A DNA stretch of 63,909 bases from Azolla caroliniana (GCA_043228905.1 JBHGNT010000013.1:12834001-12897909); one strand, 5' to 3'; positions 37,681 to 49,362 are shown, counted from the stretch's first letter. Notes: a model not told the origin generated them from the letters alone. Translations and numbers: made by a program.

Positions 37681-38753
37681 GTTGCCCGCGTAATGGCCGC
37701 CTACTGTGCCGTAGTGTGCCTCCCGTAAAACTGCTTCCTTCTCATCCTGACGGACCCCACATCGCCAAATGCCATCACTTCCTTTGTGATATAAAACGCC
37801 TTCAACGAGGCAGAAGTGACGGCTTCAGATGGCTTGTCGTTTCTTCTCGTCCGTGCGTAATTGTGGTGGAGGCAGTCCTGTAGTTAAAAAGTACGTCATT
37901 TCCATAAGCCATCGGTCCGGAAAGGTGGATTCCGTTTTTTCTGCAAGTGTCGCTACTCGCAAGATGTCGGCGTCCGGAAAATCGTCTTCGTCTTTTTGTA
38001 CTGTTTCTCCATTCTCGAGTCTGCTAAAAAAATCCGCCACTGCGTGTTGCGTCCCTGGTCAGTGCTGAATTACGAAATTGAATTCCTCGAGCAGCAACAT
38101 CCACCGCGGCAATTTCCCTGTCAGGGCTTGTTTCTCCACCAAATACAATAAGCCCAAATGATCCACGTGGAACGTGAATTTCCTTCCTAATAAATAGTGT
38201 CGGAATTTATTGATGTTATAATGCATCCTAGCATTTCCTGATCGTGTAGTATCAACTTAATAGCCGGGTTGTGGTGATCCACCAATGTCGGTCCGTCGCT
38301 AATGTCCGTATAATTCGCGGCAATGCCCCAGGTCTGCTCGTCATCCACTCTTCCATGGCCTGGTGGAATCGTGGGACTAGTTGCAGCAACTTCTCCATGG
38401 TTAACGTTATCTTGCAGGTTGTCAGTGCTTGCCATATGGGGTCTGGAGATGGTCCCTCTTCCTCCAATAGCTCCACCCTGTTTCCGGACTCCTTCCGCAT
38501 GCGGTCCGTATTTTCCGCGTTTGCTTTTTCAACCCATTCTTGGGCTATCCGCCGTATCTCATCTTGCGCGGCCCAAACAACATTTTTTGTTTGTTGACGT
38601 GTCGTGACTTACTGTACTTCCGCCGTAATCGTATTGACGGCGGGCCCCTTGCCCTTACGTATTGGGCATTGTGTGGCATAATGTTCGGGCTATTGACAAA
38701 CAAAACAATGGATGCTAGATTCGCCCTTCTCGGTCCCTGGTGGTGTGTGCCAA

Positions 38754-39227
38754 TGTTAAGAGTCTATTACTAATCAATAGACCAAATCAAGTAAAAAGGA
38801 AGAAAATAGATTGGATAGAAGAACCCGTTCCACCCGACCACCCCCGAGCTATGATCTAGACATAGCCAACCTACCACCGACGTCCCATACCGCCGGATAT
38901 TAGGATGACTAATACCTTGGAAGAGATAAACACGATCGTCGAGACGAAAGCCTAGCCCGCACCACCGGTGTCTACGACAGCAGCCTTCCGACGTGATGAT
39001 CTCTATGAGGGTAGCTAAGCCTCATATTTATACCTTTTCCTAGGCCCCTTGAATAGATGTGCCTTTCTAAAAGGCTCTCTATTCATTGGTTGTCTAAATC
39101 ATGATAGTGCATGCACATATCATTCATTCTATCCAATCATTAGTCCCCTTTTTAATAATAGTGAACATACCCTTCACTAATGTAAATATTAGTGACCTAC
39201 CCTCACCAACGTTATGTGTACATAACA
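38754..39227 (-). mobile_element. Solo LTR (474 bp) inserted in H
   Basis: TGTTA...TAACA ends, TSD GCCAA both sides; orientation from TATAAAT on minus. Confidence 0.85.
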
Positions 39228-39826
39228 GCCAATCCCCATGCGTGACTTGCTCCTCCCGGTCCTGATTCGTTCGTCGAAGCGTACGTGGTGGTTGATGTTG
39301 GTGTCGGTGTGGTTCCTGGTGCCGGATGGTAATTCTCATAGCGTTGGATCCCTTTAGTATTTCTGGGGTTGCCACGGTAGTCTTCATCCTCCGGCTTTTC
39401 TTTCTTGGAATCGTTGTGATTTTGGTGATTCCGGTAGTGCCGGTCATCGCGTGGGTTTAGATCCATATACCGTACCATCACGTATTGTGGGCGTGGCTCT
39501 GTTGAACATATTGTACTCACATTGCTCAACTGTGTGAGCTTTCGAGTGACAGATTGGACAGTGGACTCCCATGTTGCATTCAACAGCGGAATGCCCTTAA
39601 TTCAAGCAAATCGTGCACTGGATCGCTTGGCGAAAATGTTGTTCCTCGTCCTGAGCTAATGCTTGTGGCAATGAGGACATGGAAAACCTTTCCTCTTCTT
39701 CATCGAGCTCGAGTTGTAGTGCTCTTTCCATGACTATATCGGTTGTTTCTATGACTATATAGTAGCTTGATAATAAGCAAACCAAAAACGCATGAAGGAG
39801 TAGTTATTCTTAAGGGAAAAGAATGT

Positions 39827-39907
39827 CGACAACTGCAGGATTCGAACCTACGAGGGCGAACCCATTTGATTTCAAGTCAAACGCCTTAACCACTCGGCCA
39901 AGTTGTC
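39827..39907 (-). tRNA. tRNA-Ser (anticodon UGA), apparently intact
   Basis: GACAACT/AGTTGTC acceptor with G discriminator, TGGCCGAGTGG A box, TTTGA-CTTGAAA-TCAAA anticodon arm, long variable arm, GGTTCGAATCC, TTTT downstream. Confidence 0.92.
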
Positions 39908-40208
39908 CTATTTGTAATTAATGATAGTTACATATTTTAGTATTATTTATAAGTAAATGTTGCAAATATTATCTATCTAAGCATGCTAATAAAGCAGAAA
40001 ACAGGACAATTATATAAGTCTTTATTTTTTGGGTAGCGATACGATTTAGCCCGTTTCTCCAATCCCTTGGGAACCTAATATTAACACATGGGACATTAAA
40101 AGTCATGTTTCCTCTATGCGGCTCTCGTTCCTAAGATGGGATATTTACCGTTTAAGGAACAGAAGCTGAATGTTAGTGAACAATTTCAACACCTAAGCGG
40201 AAGAATGT

Positions 40209-40289
40209 CGAGAACTGCAAGATTGGAATCTGCAAGGGTGAACCCATTTGCTTTCAAGTCAAACGCCTTAACCAATCGGCCAAATTGCC
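40209..40289 (-). pseudogene. tRNA-Ser(UGA) degenerate copy
   Basis: Aligns to 39827-39907 with B box and stem mutations. Confidence 0.85.
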
Positions 40290-40609
40290 GTATTTAGTTG
40301 GCATCTACTATCTATGCTTGAAAATAAGCGAAAGAAAAACTCTAGAAAGAGTAGTTATTCTTAAGGTAATGCTACTATTTATGTGTTCACTACTAGCTTA
40401 TTGGAATTACGTTTCATTCGGTTAGGCTGTTTTTAAGATAGATAGGGAAGCCAATGTTCACAAATGTGTTTTATAAAATTTAGTTTACTCTATATGTTTA
40501 GGGTTTGCCTTAAGGCTTTGCAAGGAGTGCGGGCCGATATACCGCTCGAATACGGAGCATGTCCACTCTTGATAGCAATGGGCCCCCCCGAACCCATTAC
40601 TATCATAGA

Positions 40610-40890
40610 TGTAACCAGGACTTCCCGGGAGGTCACCCATCCCAATACTGTTCCGGCTCAAGCACGCTTAACTTGCAATGCTTGAAGCATCCAAACAACC
40701 ACAAAACTCATGGCATGTGAGTTGCCAAGGTAAGTAGGAATGTGCTACACATTGATCCCCGGCAAGTGGTTGGCGGTCACCTGCAAGTGGATGGTATATC
40801 GATTGCAAACGTTACATCGGTTACAAGCGTGAACTACGCAACCACCACAGGCCCGTGATTAGTAGTCACCTCATGACGGCGGGTTCTACA
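40610..40890 (-). mobile_element. 5S rRNA-derived segment (40616-40673) in a possible Cassandra-like solo LTR
   Basis: Minus AGTTAAGCGTGCTTGAGCCGGAACAGTATTGGGATGGGTGACCTCCCGGGAAGTCCT matches the 5S internal control region. TGTAGAAC...GGTTACA ends; no TSD found. Confidence 0.55.
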
Positions 40891-40967
40891 CTCAGGTGTG
40901 ATCCCTCCATTTTTTTAGTTTAGTCTATATGTTGACCACTTCTTCCTAAGATGGGATATTTATTTTT

Positions 40968-41048
40968 CAGCTTATGTCATGCTCAAACCTACGAGTGGGA
41001 ACCCATTTCATATCTACTCAAATGCCTTAACAACTCGGCCTAATTATC
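40968..41048 (-). pseudogene. tRNA-Ser highly degenerate copy
   Basis: AAACCTACGAG...AACCCATTT...GCCTTAACAACTCGGCC, with flanks matching copy 1. Confidence 0.75.
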
Positions 41049-41299
41049 CTATGTAGCCATCTACGATAACATATTTTAGTATTGGTTGTAATTAAATGTT
41101 GAAAATATTTTCTATGTAAGCATGCTAATAAGGTAGGAAATTAGAAAATAATGACTTTTTATTCTTTGGGTAGCGCTACGATTTAAGTGTTCACTAGTAT
41201 GTTAGTGCACATACATTTGATTCCTATTGGGATATTTAATGTTTAAAGCACAAAAGTGCAATGTTTGTAAATAGTTTCCAAAACATAGTTAAAAAATCT

Positions 41300-41380
41300 C
41301 AACAACTTCAGGATTCGAACCTACGAGGGTGAACCCATTTGATTTCAAGTCAAACGCCTTAACCACTCCGCCAAATTGCC
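41300..41380 (-). pseudogene. tRNA-Ser(UGA) near-intact copy with weakened acceptor, D and T stems
   Basis: Anticodon arm and B box intact; several substitutions relative to copy 1. Confidence 0.8.
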
Positions 41381-41657
41381 ATATTTGGATAGCTTCTACC
41401 ATAAGATAGTACTACTATTAATATTTTGGGTAATCCATCTAATGATTTTCTTAACTGGCGTTATGTTAATGCAAAAATATTCGGTTATATTAGGAAAATT
41501 TCAAAATATGGAGTCGGGCTAATATTGACACATTTGGCTTAAGCGGTCAAATATTCATGATAGATGTCGCCTCACTAAATTTTGATATGTATTGGTTTGC
41601 CACACAATGGCTCAATGTAAATCAACGACGGCAACATCAAATATTCTAAAAGAAAGT

Positions 41658-41736
41658 CTACAAATGTAGGATTCCAAGCTATGGGAAGCAAACATTTATT
41701 TTGAGTCAACCACCATAAGTAGTCAGGAAATTTGTT
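41658..41736 (-). pseudogene. Possible very degenerate tRNA remnant
   Basis: GTAGGATTCCAAGCT...TTGAGTCAAC similarity and array-like flanks. Confidence 0.4.
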
Positions 41737-41893
41737 TCTAGTTTTTATGAATCGATTTGAGTATTGTCCACACTAAAATGTTGGAGATATTATCTATCTA
41801 AGGTTGATAATAAGCAAACCAAAAACGAATAAAGGAGTAGTTATTCTTAAGGGAAAAGAATGTCGACAATTGGAGGACTATCGTGACTCGTGA

Positions 41894-41952
<59 letters not shown>

Positions 41953-43397
41953 AAGTTGAAATGGAAATGAGATTATATTATGAGGAAACAAGGCTACAAA
42001 GAGTAGGCTAAGGGCTAATCCGTAATAAGGTCCAATGAAATAGATTTCCATGGACTCTCAGGAATAGGCATTGGCTGTAATAAGCCATATGGATGATGTC
42101 GAGTTCTTTTGGATCGGCAACATGTATCACAATTACGAACATAATCCATAACAAAATGGCGAAGTCGTGGCCACCAATACCTTCGAGAAATTCACGTCAA
42201 AGTCTTGTGGATACCGAAATGTCTAGCCATTGGTGCATCATGACATTGTTGCAAGTCTTGGAGTCGAGAAGGACCATCAGGCACAAATAAGAGATTTTGT
42301 CCAAAAAGTAATCCATCATGCCAATTGAACTGGTTGTAGTCTTGACGAGGATTTTGAGATTGTGAACAAGAAGCACGATCTAGGATAATATGGTTCAGAA
42401 TGTCTTGTGCGAATTCATCAGTCACAATATGCTTCCGAATGGAGTTAAGAAGACTTGAATCCCTAGGTGTGTCTATAACATGAAATTTCATTAGTTGTAG
42501 ACGGTCAAGATCGAAGATGATTTGCTTCTGACTTTCAAATGTGGCCTCTCCTGGTTGAAGTTCCATATATGAACGTCGAGATAAAGCATCTGCTTTTCCT
42601 TGTTGCGTCCCAGGGCGATATTCCCCATTTTTTGCAAACATTGGCTGACTGTTGAATATCAGCTCAGCCGACTCCAAGAAGTTCAAGATATCCCTTTGCA
42701 CCATTTATGTGACGCTTAAAACACTCAAAAGAAGGTTATTGACCGTCATCGACGTAATTCATCAACTACGTTTCAAGTGGGAGATCAAGTATGGCTTTTA
42801 CAAGGTCACAATAAAACAACCCGACCTTGATGCAAATTGGATTATCAATGTTTTTGCCCATATGTGATATCTAGTAAAATTAATGGTGTGGCATTTTGCC
42901 TTGATCTCTCCCCTCATATGCATCTTCATGTTGAAAAACAGTGCTCGGCCACAACCTAGGAATAGGATCAACTCACAGAAAATAGGAAATACAAAGTACA
43001 CGAAGACTTTCGAGAGAAGAGTACACAGGATATTTTACGTGGAAAACCCTAAATGGGAAAAACCACGGGAGTCCTCAAACTCCAACTATCACTATGAACA
43101 GAGATGTACAATGGTGAAGCTTCAAGGCACCAACCTTGAGCTCACTGTCTTCGCCACAGGCGGCGGTAATACACAGAGGCGACGACCTCCTCGTTTCTCT
43201 CTCTCTCTCTCTCTCGGCTGCTCTCACTTCGCTCCCTCTAAGTGGAAAACAGAAAATGAGCAACAACAAAAAACTGTTTGCCCTAAGTCATATTTATACA
43301 CATATGACTTTCGGGCTATTTACAAATATAGCCTCAAGGGCCCTTGGCAAACATATTCACAAATATGTCCCCGCATCCGGATCTCTCTCCGGGTACA

Positions 43398-43871
43398 TTC
43401 ATCATCCGGCTCCGTAGCCGGGGTCTTCATCATCCGGCTCCGTAACCGGGGTCTTCATCATCCGGCTCCGTAACCGGGGTCTTCATCATCCGGCTCCGTA
43501 GCCGGGTCTTCGTCATCCGGCTCCGTAACCGGGGTCTTCATCATCCGGCTCCGTAGCCGGGGTCTTCGTCATCCGGCTCCGTAACCGGGGTCTTCATCAT
43601 CCGGCTCCGTAACCGGGGTCTTCATCATCCGGCTCCGTAGCCGGGTCTTCGTCATCCGGCTCCGTAACCGGGGTCTTCATCATCCGGCTCCGTAGCCGGG
43701 GTCTTCGTCATCCGGCTCCGTAACCGGGGTCTTCCGTAACCGGGGTCTTCATCATCCGGCTCCGTAGCCGGGGTCTTCATCATCCGGCTCCGTAGCCGGG
43801 GTCTTCGTCATCCGGCTCCGTAACCGGGGTCTTCATCATCCGGCTCCGTAGCCGGGGTATTCATCATCCGG
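43398..43871. repeat. 28-bp minisatellite in U3 of the G 3' LTR (~17 units)
   Basis: TCATCATCCGGCTCCGTA(G/A)CCGGGGTCT tandem. Confidence 0.95.
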
Positions 43872-43913
43872 ACATCCCATCCGGAGGGACCGAAATCCCA
43901 ACAAACTCCCCCT

Positions 43914-46900
43914 TCACTTCGGCATGGGATGTCTCTCCAATCCGATCCTCTTCCGGCATGCTTCCAGCTTGTCGGGTGTGAGCACTTTGGTCAGCATATC
44001 TGAGCCGTTTTCGTCCGTGTGGATCTTCGTCAGCACGAACTCCTGGTCTTCTATCCTTTCCCGGATCCAGTGATATCTTCGCTGGATGTGCTTCGTCCGG
44101 GAGTGATAGGCCGTGTTCTTCGCAAGGTGGATGGCACTCTGACTGTCGCAGTAGAGTCGGTACTCCTCCTGTCGGATACCGAGCTCTCTAATGAAGTCCT
44201 TCATCCATATTATTTCCTTGCCGGCTTCAACAGCCGCCATGTACTCCGCCTCCGTGGTTGACAACGCAACCGTCTTCTGCAGCCTCGACTGCCAGGAAAC
44301 AGCTCCCCCTGCATACGTCATCACATACCCTGATGTGGACCGGCTGGTATCTGCATCAGCCGACATATCCGAATCGGTGAAGCCGTCGAGTTCGGGCTTA
44401 CCGGATCCGAATCGGAGGCACACGTTTGCCGTGCCCTTCAGGTATCGGAGTATCCACTTGGCCGCGTTCCAATGCTCTTTGCCGGGATTGCTCATGTACC
44501 GGCTCACCACTCCGACTGCATATCCTATGTCCGGTCGGGTACACACCATTGCGTACATCAAGCTCCCGACGGCAGAGGCATATGGTACTTTCATCATGTC
44601 CTCCTTCTCAGCCTTTGTCTTGGGGCTTTGCTTGCTGGACAGCTTGCAGTTTGTCGGGAGTGTTGACCCGACTGGTCTTGCTTCCGACATGTTGAACCGG
44701 TGAAGCACCTTTGTCACGTACTTCTCCTGTGACAGCCACAACTGCTTCTTCTTCCGGTCTCGGATGATGTGCATCCCTAGTATTTGCCTCGCCGGACCCA
44801 GGTCCTTCATTGAGAAGGTTCGGTGAAGAGCCTTCTTCAGCATCCGTATCTTGACCTGGTCCCGTCCGACGATCAACATGTCGTCCACGTACAGGAGGAG
44901 TATTAGAAAGTCTCCTCCTTCGAACTTCTTCACAAACACGCAGTGGTCGGACTGCGTTTTGTGGTACCCTTCGTCGGTCATGAAAGAGTCGAACTTCCGG
45001 TACCATTGCCGGGGAGCCTGCTTCAGTCCGTAAAGGCTCTTCTTCAACCGGCATACCAGGTGCTCCTTCCCTTTCTTCTCGAATCCTTCCGGTTGCTGCA
45101 TGTAGATCTCTTCTTCGAGGTCACCGTGAAGGAATGCCGTCTTCACGTCCATCTGTTCTACCTCGAGGTCCATGCTTGCCGCTATGCTCAACACCGTTCG
45201 GATGGAGGTCATCTTCACTACCGGGGCAAATATCTCATCGAAGTCGACGCCCTTCTTCTGCTGAAACCCCTTCACCACGATCCTGGCTTTGTATCTCGGG
45301 GGGTTTCCGGCATCTCCCGGTTTCAGCTTGAACACCCACTTGTTTCGAAGTGCCCTCTTTCCTTTCGGCAACTCCACAAGTTCATATGTGTGGTTCTCAT
45401 GCAGGGAATCCATCTCGTCCTGCATGGCACTCAACCACCTGCGGCTCTGGGTGTCGTGCTTTGCTTCTTCAAAGCTCTCCGGCTCCCCCTCGTCGGTTAG
45501 CAGCACGTGCTCTGGATCCGGAAATCTCCGGGGGGCCCTTCTCTCTCTTAGAGGATATCTCCGTTCCGGAGCTTCGGTAACCGGTTCTTCCGATTCTTCT
45601 TCATCCGAATCCATTTCGGGATCGGGGCCGGTTCCGCTATCATTTTCATCTTCTTCGGCCGGTTCTGTTTCTTCACCGTCTTCGGCCGGATCCTCGAGTG
45701 CTAACCGGTCCCTTGCCGGTCGGGACTGCTCCTCGTAGAGTTGATCCTCACCGGTCGACTTGGAGCTCTTCATCTTCTTCTCCGACTCCCAGTCGGCGAG
45801 TGTCTTGTCCTCCATGAAGATGATGTCTCGACTCCTGAATATCTTCTTGTCGACCGGGTCCCATACTCGGTAGCCGAACTCATCGTCGCCGTAACCGAGG
45901 AATATGCATGGCCGGGTCTTTGGATCTAGCTTTCCTCTCCGGTCCTTTGCCACATGCACGTAAGCGAGACACCCGAACACCTTCAGATGCCGGTAGGACA
46001 CTTCCTTACCGGTCCACACTTTCTGCGGCGTGTCTCCGTCCAAAGGTACTGAGGGTGATCTGTTAATCACGTATGTCGCCGTTGACATCGCCTCAGCCCA
46101 AAACCCCTTGGGTAATTTCGCATGCGCCAGCATACTCCGGACCCTCTCCATTATGGTCCGGTTCATCCTCTCGGCCAGCCTGTTCAGTTCCGGCGTCTTC
46201 GGCACAGTAAACTCGAGCCGGATTCCCTTCGAGCGACAGTACTCCTGAAACTGCCCCCGGTATTCCCCTCCGTTATCCGCTCGTATCGCTTTCAGTTTCT
46301 TGCCGGATTCCCTTTCCACTCTCGCGTGGAGTTCTTTGAAGACGCACAATACTTGGTCCTTTGTCTTCAACGGTGCCGTCCACAGCTTCCGGCTGTGGTC
46401 ATCAATGAATGTCACGAAGTACTGGGCTCCGCCATGTGACTTCGTTTCTACTTGACACACGTCAGTGTGCACCAGCTCCAATGGTGCACTACGTCTCGTC
46501 GGTGGCCTTGAGTGGAAGGAGGTCCGGTTTTGCTTACCGGCCAGGCAGTCGGTGCACTTCTCCAGGTGCACATGCTTCACTGGAATAAGGTTGTCTTCTG
46601 CAAGCCTCTTCATCCCCTTCTCACTCATGTGGCACAGTCTCTTGTGCCACAGCTCACCGGCAGTATCGGCTGCCACGTTCAGCTCCTCCGGACATAGCCG
46701 GGAATTCATCAGGTACAGTGTGTTGACCTTCTGGGCCCGAGCCACTATCAAGCTCCCCTTGCAGAACTTCATTTCGCCGTTCCGGATGCTACCTGTGTAG
46801 CCTTCATCGTCTAGCCTCCCGGCCGAAATCAGGTTCAATCGAACCTCCGGAACGTGTCGGACATCCTTCAACAGCATTTTGCATCCGGTTGATGTCATCA

Positions 46901-47987
46901 GCCACACGTCTCCTATGCCGGCAATCCGGCACGTACCTTCATTTCCCATCCGGACACAGCCATGCTCACCGGCTGTGTAGGATGAGAAGTATCTTCTCTC
47001 CGGGGTCAGGTGGAACGATGCTCCGGAATCGACCACCCAGGTCGTCTCATCGCCGGCAACGTTTAGTTCACCTTCTTCGGTGATGAGCATGATTTCTTCC
47101 TCACTTGCCGCGAGTGCCGTTGTTCCTTTCCGGTCCTGCCCTCGCCGATCCGAACCTCTCCGGTCCGTGGCTCCCCGGTATGCACCGTTTCTCTCCGGTG
47201 ACTTCTTCGAATCGGTGTCGACGGCTCCGTTGTCTTTTCGGTAATGCCGACAATTCTTTCGGAAGTGCCCCGGCTTCCCACAGTGGAAGCATGTGGGTCT
47301 TCCTCTTGACTGCGACCGGGTCCCCGACTTCTCCCGTCTTTGCGGACTCCGGTTCCATTGTCTTCCCCGTTCCGATTCGGTAAGCAGCGCCTTCGAGTCG
47401 GAGGCCGGTTCTTTATCTCTCCGACGCGCTTCTTCGTTCAAAATACTTGTCTTTACCGTTTGTAGGGACAAGTTATCTTCGGTGCAGGAGGTGCTGAGGG
47501 TCACCACCAAGTTCTCCCAGCTTTCCGGCAATGTACACATCAGGATGATGGCTTGCATTGCATCCTCCAACGGGAACTTGATCGCCGCAAGCTGGTTCAC
47601 GAATCCCATGAACGTGCTTACGTGTTCCACCATACTCTCGCCATCCCGGTACTTGAGGTTCACTATCTTCCTCATCAGGGAGGTCCGGTTCAACGCATTC
47701 TTCCTCTCGTAGAGGCCCGACAGCTTCCGCCACATCTCATATGCGTTGGTGTCGTTCGCCACATGTTGTAGAACGCTCACGTCGACGTATTGCCGAATGG
47801 TTGCAACGGCTTTCCGGTTCAGAAGCCTCCATTCCGTCTCAAGTACCCCCTTGGGTATTTCCGACCTGTCGATCGGTTCATACAGATCCCGAACAATGAG
47901 CAGGTCCTCCATCTTTATCTTCCAATCGGCGTAGTTCTGCGCATTCAGCACCATCATCCCCGGCTGCCCGCTGCCGCCGCCTTCCAT
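43914..47987 (-). CDS. Intact copia Gag-Pol polyprotein (1357 aa)
   Basis: All copia domains, collinear with E with scattered substitutions. Confidence 0.97.
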   Translation of the reverse strand: MEGGGSGQPGMMVLNAQNYADWKIKMEDLLIVRDLYEPIDRSEIPKGVLETEWRLLNRKAVATIRQYVDVSVLQHVANDTNAYEMWRKLSGLYERKNALNRTSLMRKIVNLKYRDGESMVEHVSTFMGFVNQLAAIKFPLEDAMQAIILMCTLPESWENLVVTLSTSCTEDNLSLQTVKTSILNEEARRRDKEPASDSKALLTESERGRQWNRSPQRREKSGTRSQSRGRPTCFHCGKPGHFRKNCRHYRKDNGAVDTDSKKSPERNGAYRGATDRRGSDRRGQDRKGTTALAASEEEIMLITEEGELNVAGDETTWVVDSGASFHLTPERRYFSSYTAGEHGCVRMGNEGTCRIAGIGDVWLMTSTGCKMLLKDVRHVPEVRLNLISAGRLDDEGYTGSIRNGEMKFCKGSLIVARAQKVNTLYLMNSRLCPEELNVAADTAGELWHKRLCHMSEKGMKRLAEDNLIPVKHVHLEKCTDCLAGKQNRTSFHSRPPTRRSAPLELVHTDVCQVETKSHGGAQYFVTFIDDHSRKLWTAPLKTKDQVLCVFKELHARVERESGKKLKAIRADNGGEYRGQFQEYCRSKGIRLEFTVPKTPELNRLAERMNRTIMERVRSMLAHAKLPKGFWAEAMSTATYVINRSPSVPLDGDTPQKVWTGKEVSYRHLKVFGCLAYVHVAKDRRGKLDPKTRPCIFLGYGDDEFGYRVWDPVDKKIFRSRDIIFMEDKTLADWESEKKMKSSKSTGEDQLYEEQSRPARDRLALEDPAEDGEETEPAEEDENDSGTGPDPEMDSDEEESEEPVTEAPERRYPLRERRAPRRFPDPEHVLLTDEGEPESFEEAKHDTQSRRWLSAMQDEMDSLHENHTYELVELPKGKRALRNKWVFKLKPGDAGNPPRYKARIVVKGFQQKKGVDFDEIFAPVVKMTSIRTVLSIAASMDLEVEQMDVKTAFLHGDLEEEIYMQQPEGFEKKGKEHLVCRLKKSLYGLKQAPRQWYRKFDSFMTDEGYHKTQSDHCVFVKKFEGGDFLILLLYVDDMLIVGRDQVKIRMLKKALHRTFSMKDLGPARQILGMHIIRDRKKKQLWLSQEKYVTKVLHRFNMSEARPVGSTLPTNCKLSSKQSPKTKAEKEDMMKVPYASAVGSLMYAMVCTRPDIGYAVGVVSRYMSNPGKEHWNAAKWILRYLKGTANVCLRFGSGKPELDGFTDSDMSADADTSRSTSGYVMTYAGGAVSWQSRLQKTVALSTTEAEYMAAVEAGKEIIWMKDFIRELGIRQEEYRLYCDSQSAIHLAKNTAYHSRTKHIQRRYHWIRERIEDQEFVLTKIHTDENGSDMLTKVLTPDKLEACRKRIGLERHPMPK

Positions 47988-48487
47988 TTTCTGTGTTACC
48001 GTCGCTCTGATACCACTTTGTTGAAAAACAGTGCTCGGCCACAACCTAGGAATAGGATCAACTCACAGAAAATAGGAAATACAAAGTACACGAAGACTTT
48101 CGAGAGAAGAGTACACAGGATATTTTACGTGGAAAACCCTAAATGGGAAAAACCACGGGAGTCCTCAAACTCCAACTATCACTATGAACAGAGATGTACA
48201 ATGGTGAAGCTTCAAGGCACCAACCTTGAGCTCACTGTCTTCGCCACAGGCGGCGGTAATACACAGAGGCGACGACCTCCTCGTTTCTCTCTCTCTCTCT
48301 CTCGGCTGCTCTCACTTCGCTCCCTCTAAGTGGAAAACAGAAAATGAGCAACAACAAAAAATTGTTTGCCCTAAGTCATATTTATACACATATGACTTTC
48401 GGGCTATTTACAAATATAGCCTCAAGGGCCCTTGGCAAACATATTCACAAATATGTCCCCGCATCCGGATCTCTCTCCGGGTACATT

Positions 48488-48931
48488 CATCATCCGGCTC
48501 CGTAGCCGGGGTCTTCATCATCCGGCTCCGTAACCGGGGTCTTCATCATCCGGCTCCGTAACCGGGGTCTTCATCATCCGGCTCCGTAGCCGGGTCTTCG
48601 TCATCCGGCTCCGTAGCCGGGGTCTTCGTCATCCGGCTCCGTAACCGGGGTCTTCATCATCCGGCTCCGTAACCGGGGTCTTCATCATCCGGCTCCGTAG
48701 CCGGGTCTTCGTCATCCGGCTCCATAACCGGGGTCTTCATCATCCGGCTCCGTAGCCGGGGTCTTCGTCATCCGGCTCCGTAACCGGGGTCTTCCGTAAC
48801 CGGGGTCTTCATCATCCGGCTCCGTAGCCGGGGTCTTCATCATCCGGCTCCGTAGCCGGGGTCTTCGTCATCCGGCTCCGTAACCGGGGTCTTCATCATC
48901 CGGCTCCGTAGCCGGGGTATTCATCATCCGG
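48488..48931. repeat. 28-bp minisatellite in U3 of the G 5' LTR (~16 units)
   Basis: Same unit, one fewer copy. Confidence 0.95.
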
Positions 48932-49052
48932 ACATCCCATCCGGAGGGACCGAAATCCCAACACTTCAACCGGTCTTCCATGTTTCACTTTTGGAGCCCT
49001 ACAAAACCAACTCTATTCCAGGTCGTCTTACATCTCCCCCACCTCCAATCGA

Positions 49053-49362
49053 AGTTGAATGCGGGTCTCTAATGAACATATTCACACTATCCGCTTTTGT
49101 ACACACTAGGTTTAGGCTATTTATGTGAATAGTGAGACGGGAAATTGCTCTAAGTCAGTCAGTACATAAATTGACTTTGTAACCTACTTTTGAGTGTTGT
49201 TGAAATATAGTTCATCTTGAGCCTAATCGTCTCTCTCTCTTGCGTTCTTGTTTCTCTGTTTCTGTTGCTGATGCCATCAATCTACCTTTCCTGCATCCAC
49301 TTATGATCCTCATCTTTGGAGAGTGTTAATTTGTTCCGCACAAGACGACCACGTTCTCAACA
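49053..49362 (+). repeat. Isolated LTR of the copia N family
   Basis: Aligns end to end with 57307-57632; no clear TSD. Confidence 0.8.

Larger units (their letters stand above)
25173..39757 (-). mobile_element. Element H: non-chromovirus Ty3/gypsy (Athila/Tat-related integrase), RT deleted, extra 3' ORF, 3' LTR 25173-25613, 5' end missing; host of I and a solo LTR
   Basis: Minus order: gag remnants (~39757-39230), protease-region remnants, RNase H (~38200-38020), integrase 36760-37680 (WGLDFVGP, ISDQGSHF, YYPQANGLAE), extra ORF. The frame rejoins across I. Confidence 0.8.
39760..41877 (-). repeat. AT-rich tandem tRNA-Ser array; 39765-39840 recurs at 41803-41877
   Basis: Repeated tRNA units and spacers; last copy truncated at 41877. 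Confidence 0.8.
42929..48963 (-). mobile_element. Element G: intact young Ty1/copia, sister of E; 3' LTR 42929-43903, 5' LTR 48019-48963
   Basis: TSD CTTCA, PBS-iMet 48004-48015, PPT next to 43903. LTRs near-identical except one 28-bp unit and one CT unit. Confidence 0.98.
41877..49052. mobile_element. Element J1: rearranged chromovirus derivative (inverted U5-R 41879-42017, minus pol 42018-42622, plus integrase 3' part), split by G
   Basis: Same two junctions as the copy at 59.3-59.8 kb; continues after G at 48964. Confidence 0.8.

Noticed and set aside
40571-40610. Helitron 3' end
   Set aside because: A hairpin is present but there is no CTRR terminus at the expected distance and no 5' TC end was identified.
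43398-43871. 28-bp repeats as a CRISPR array
   Set aside because: Head-to-tail minisatellite with no spacers, inside an LTR.
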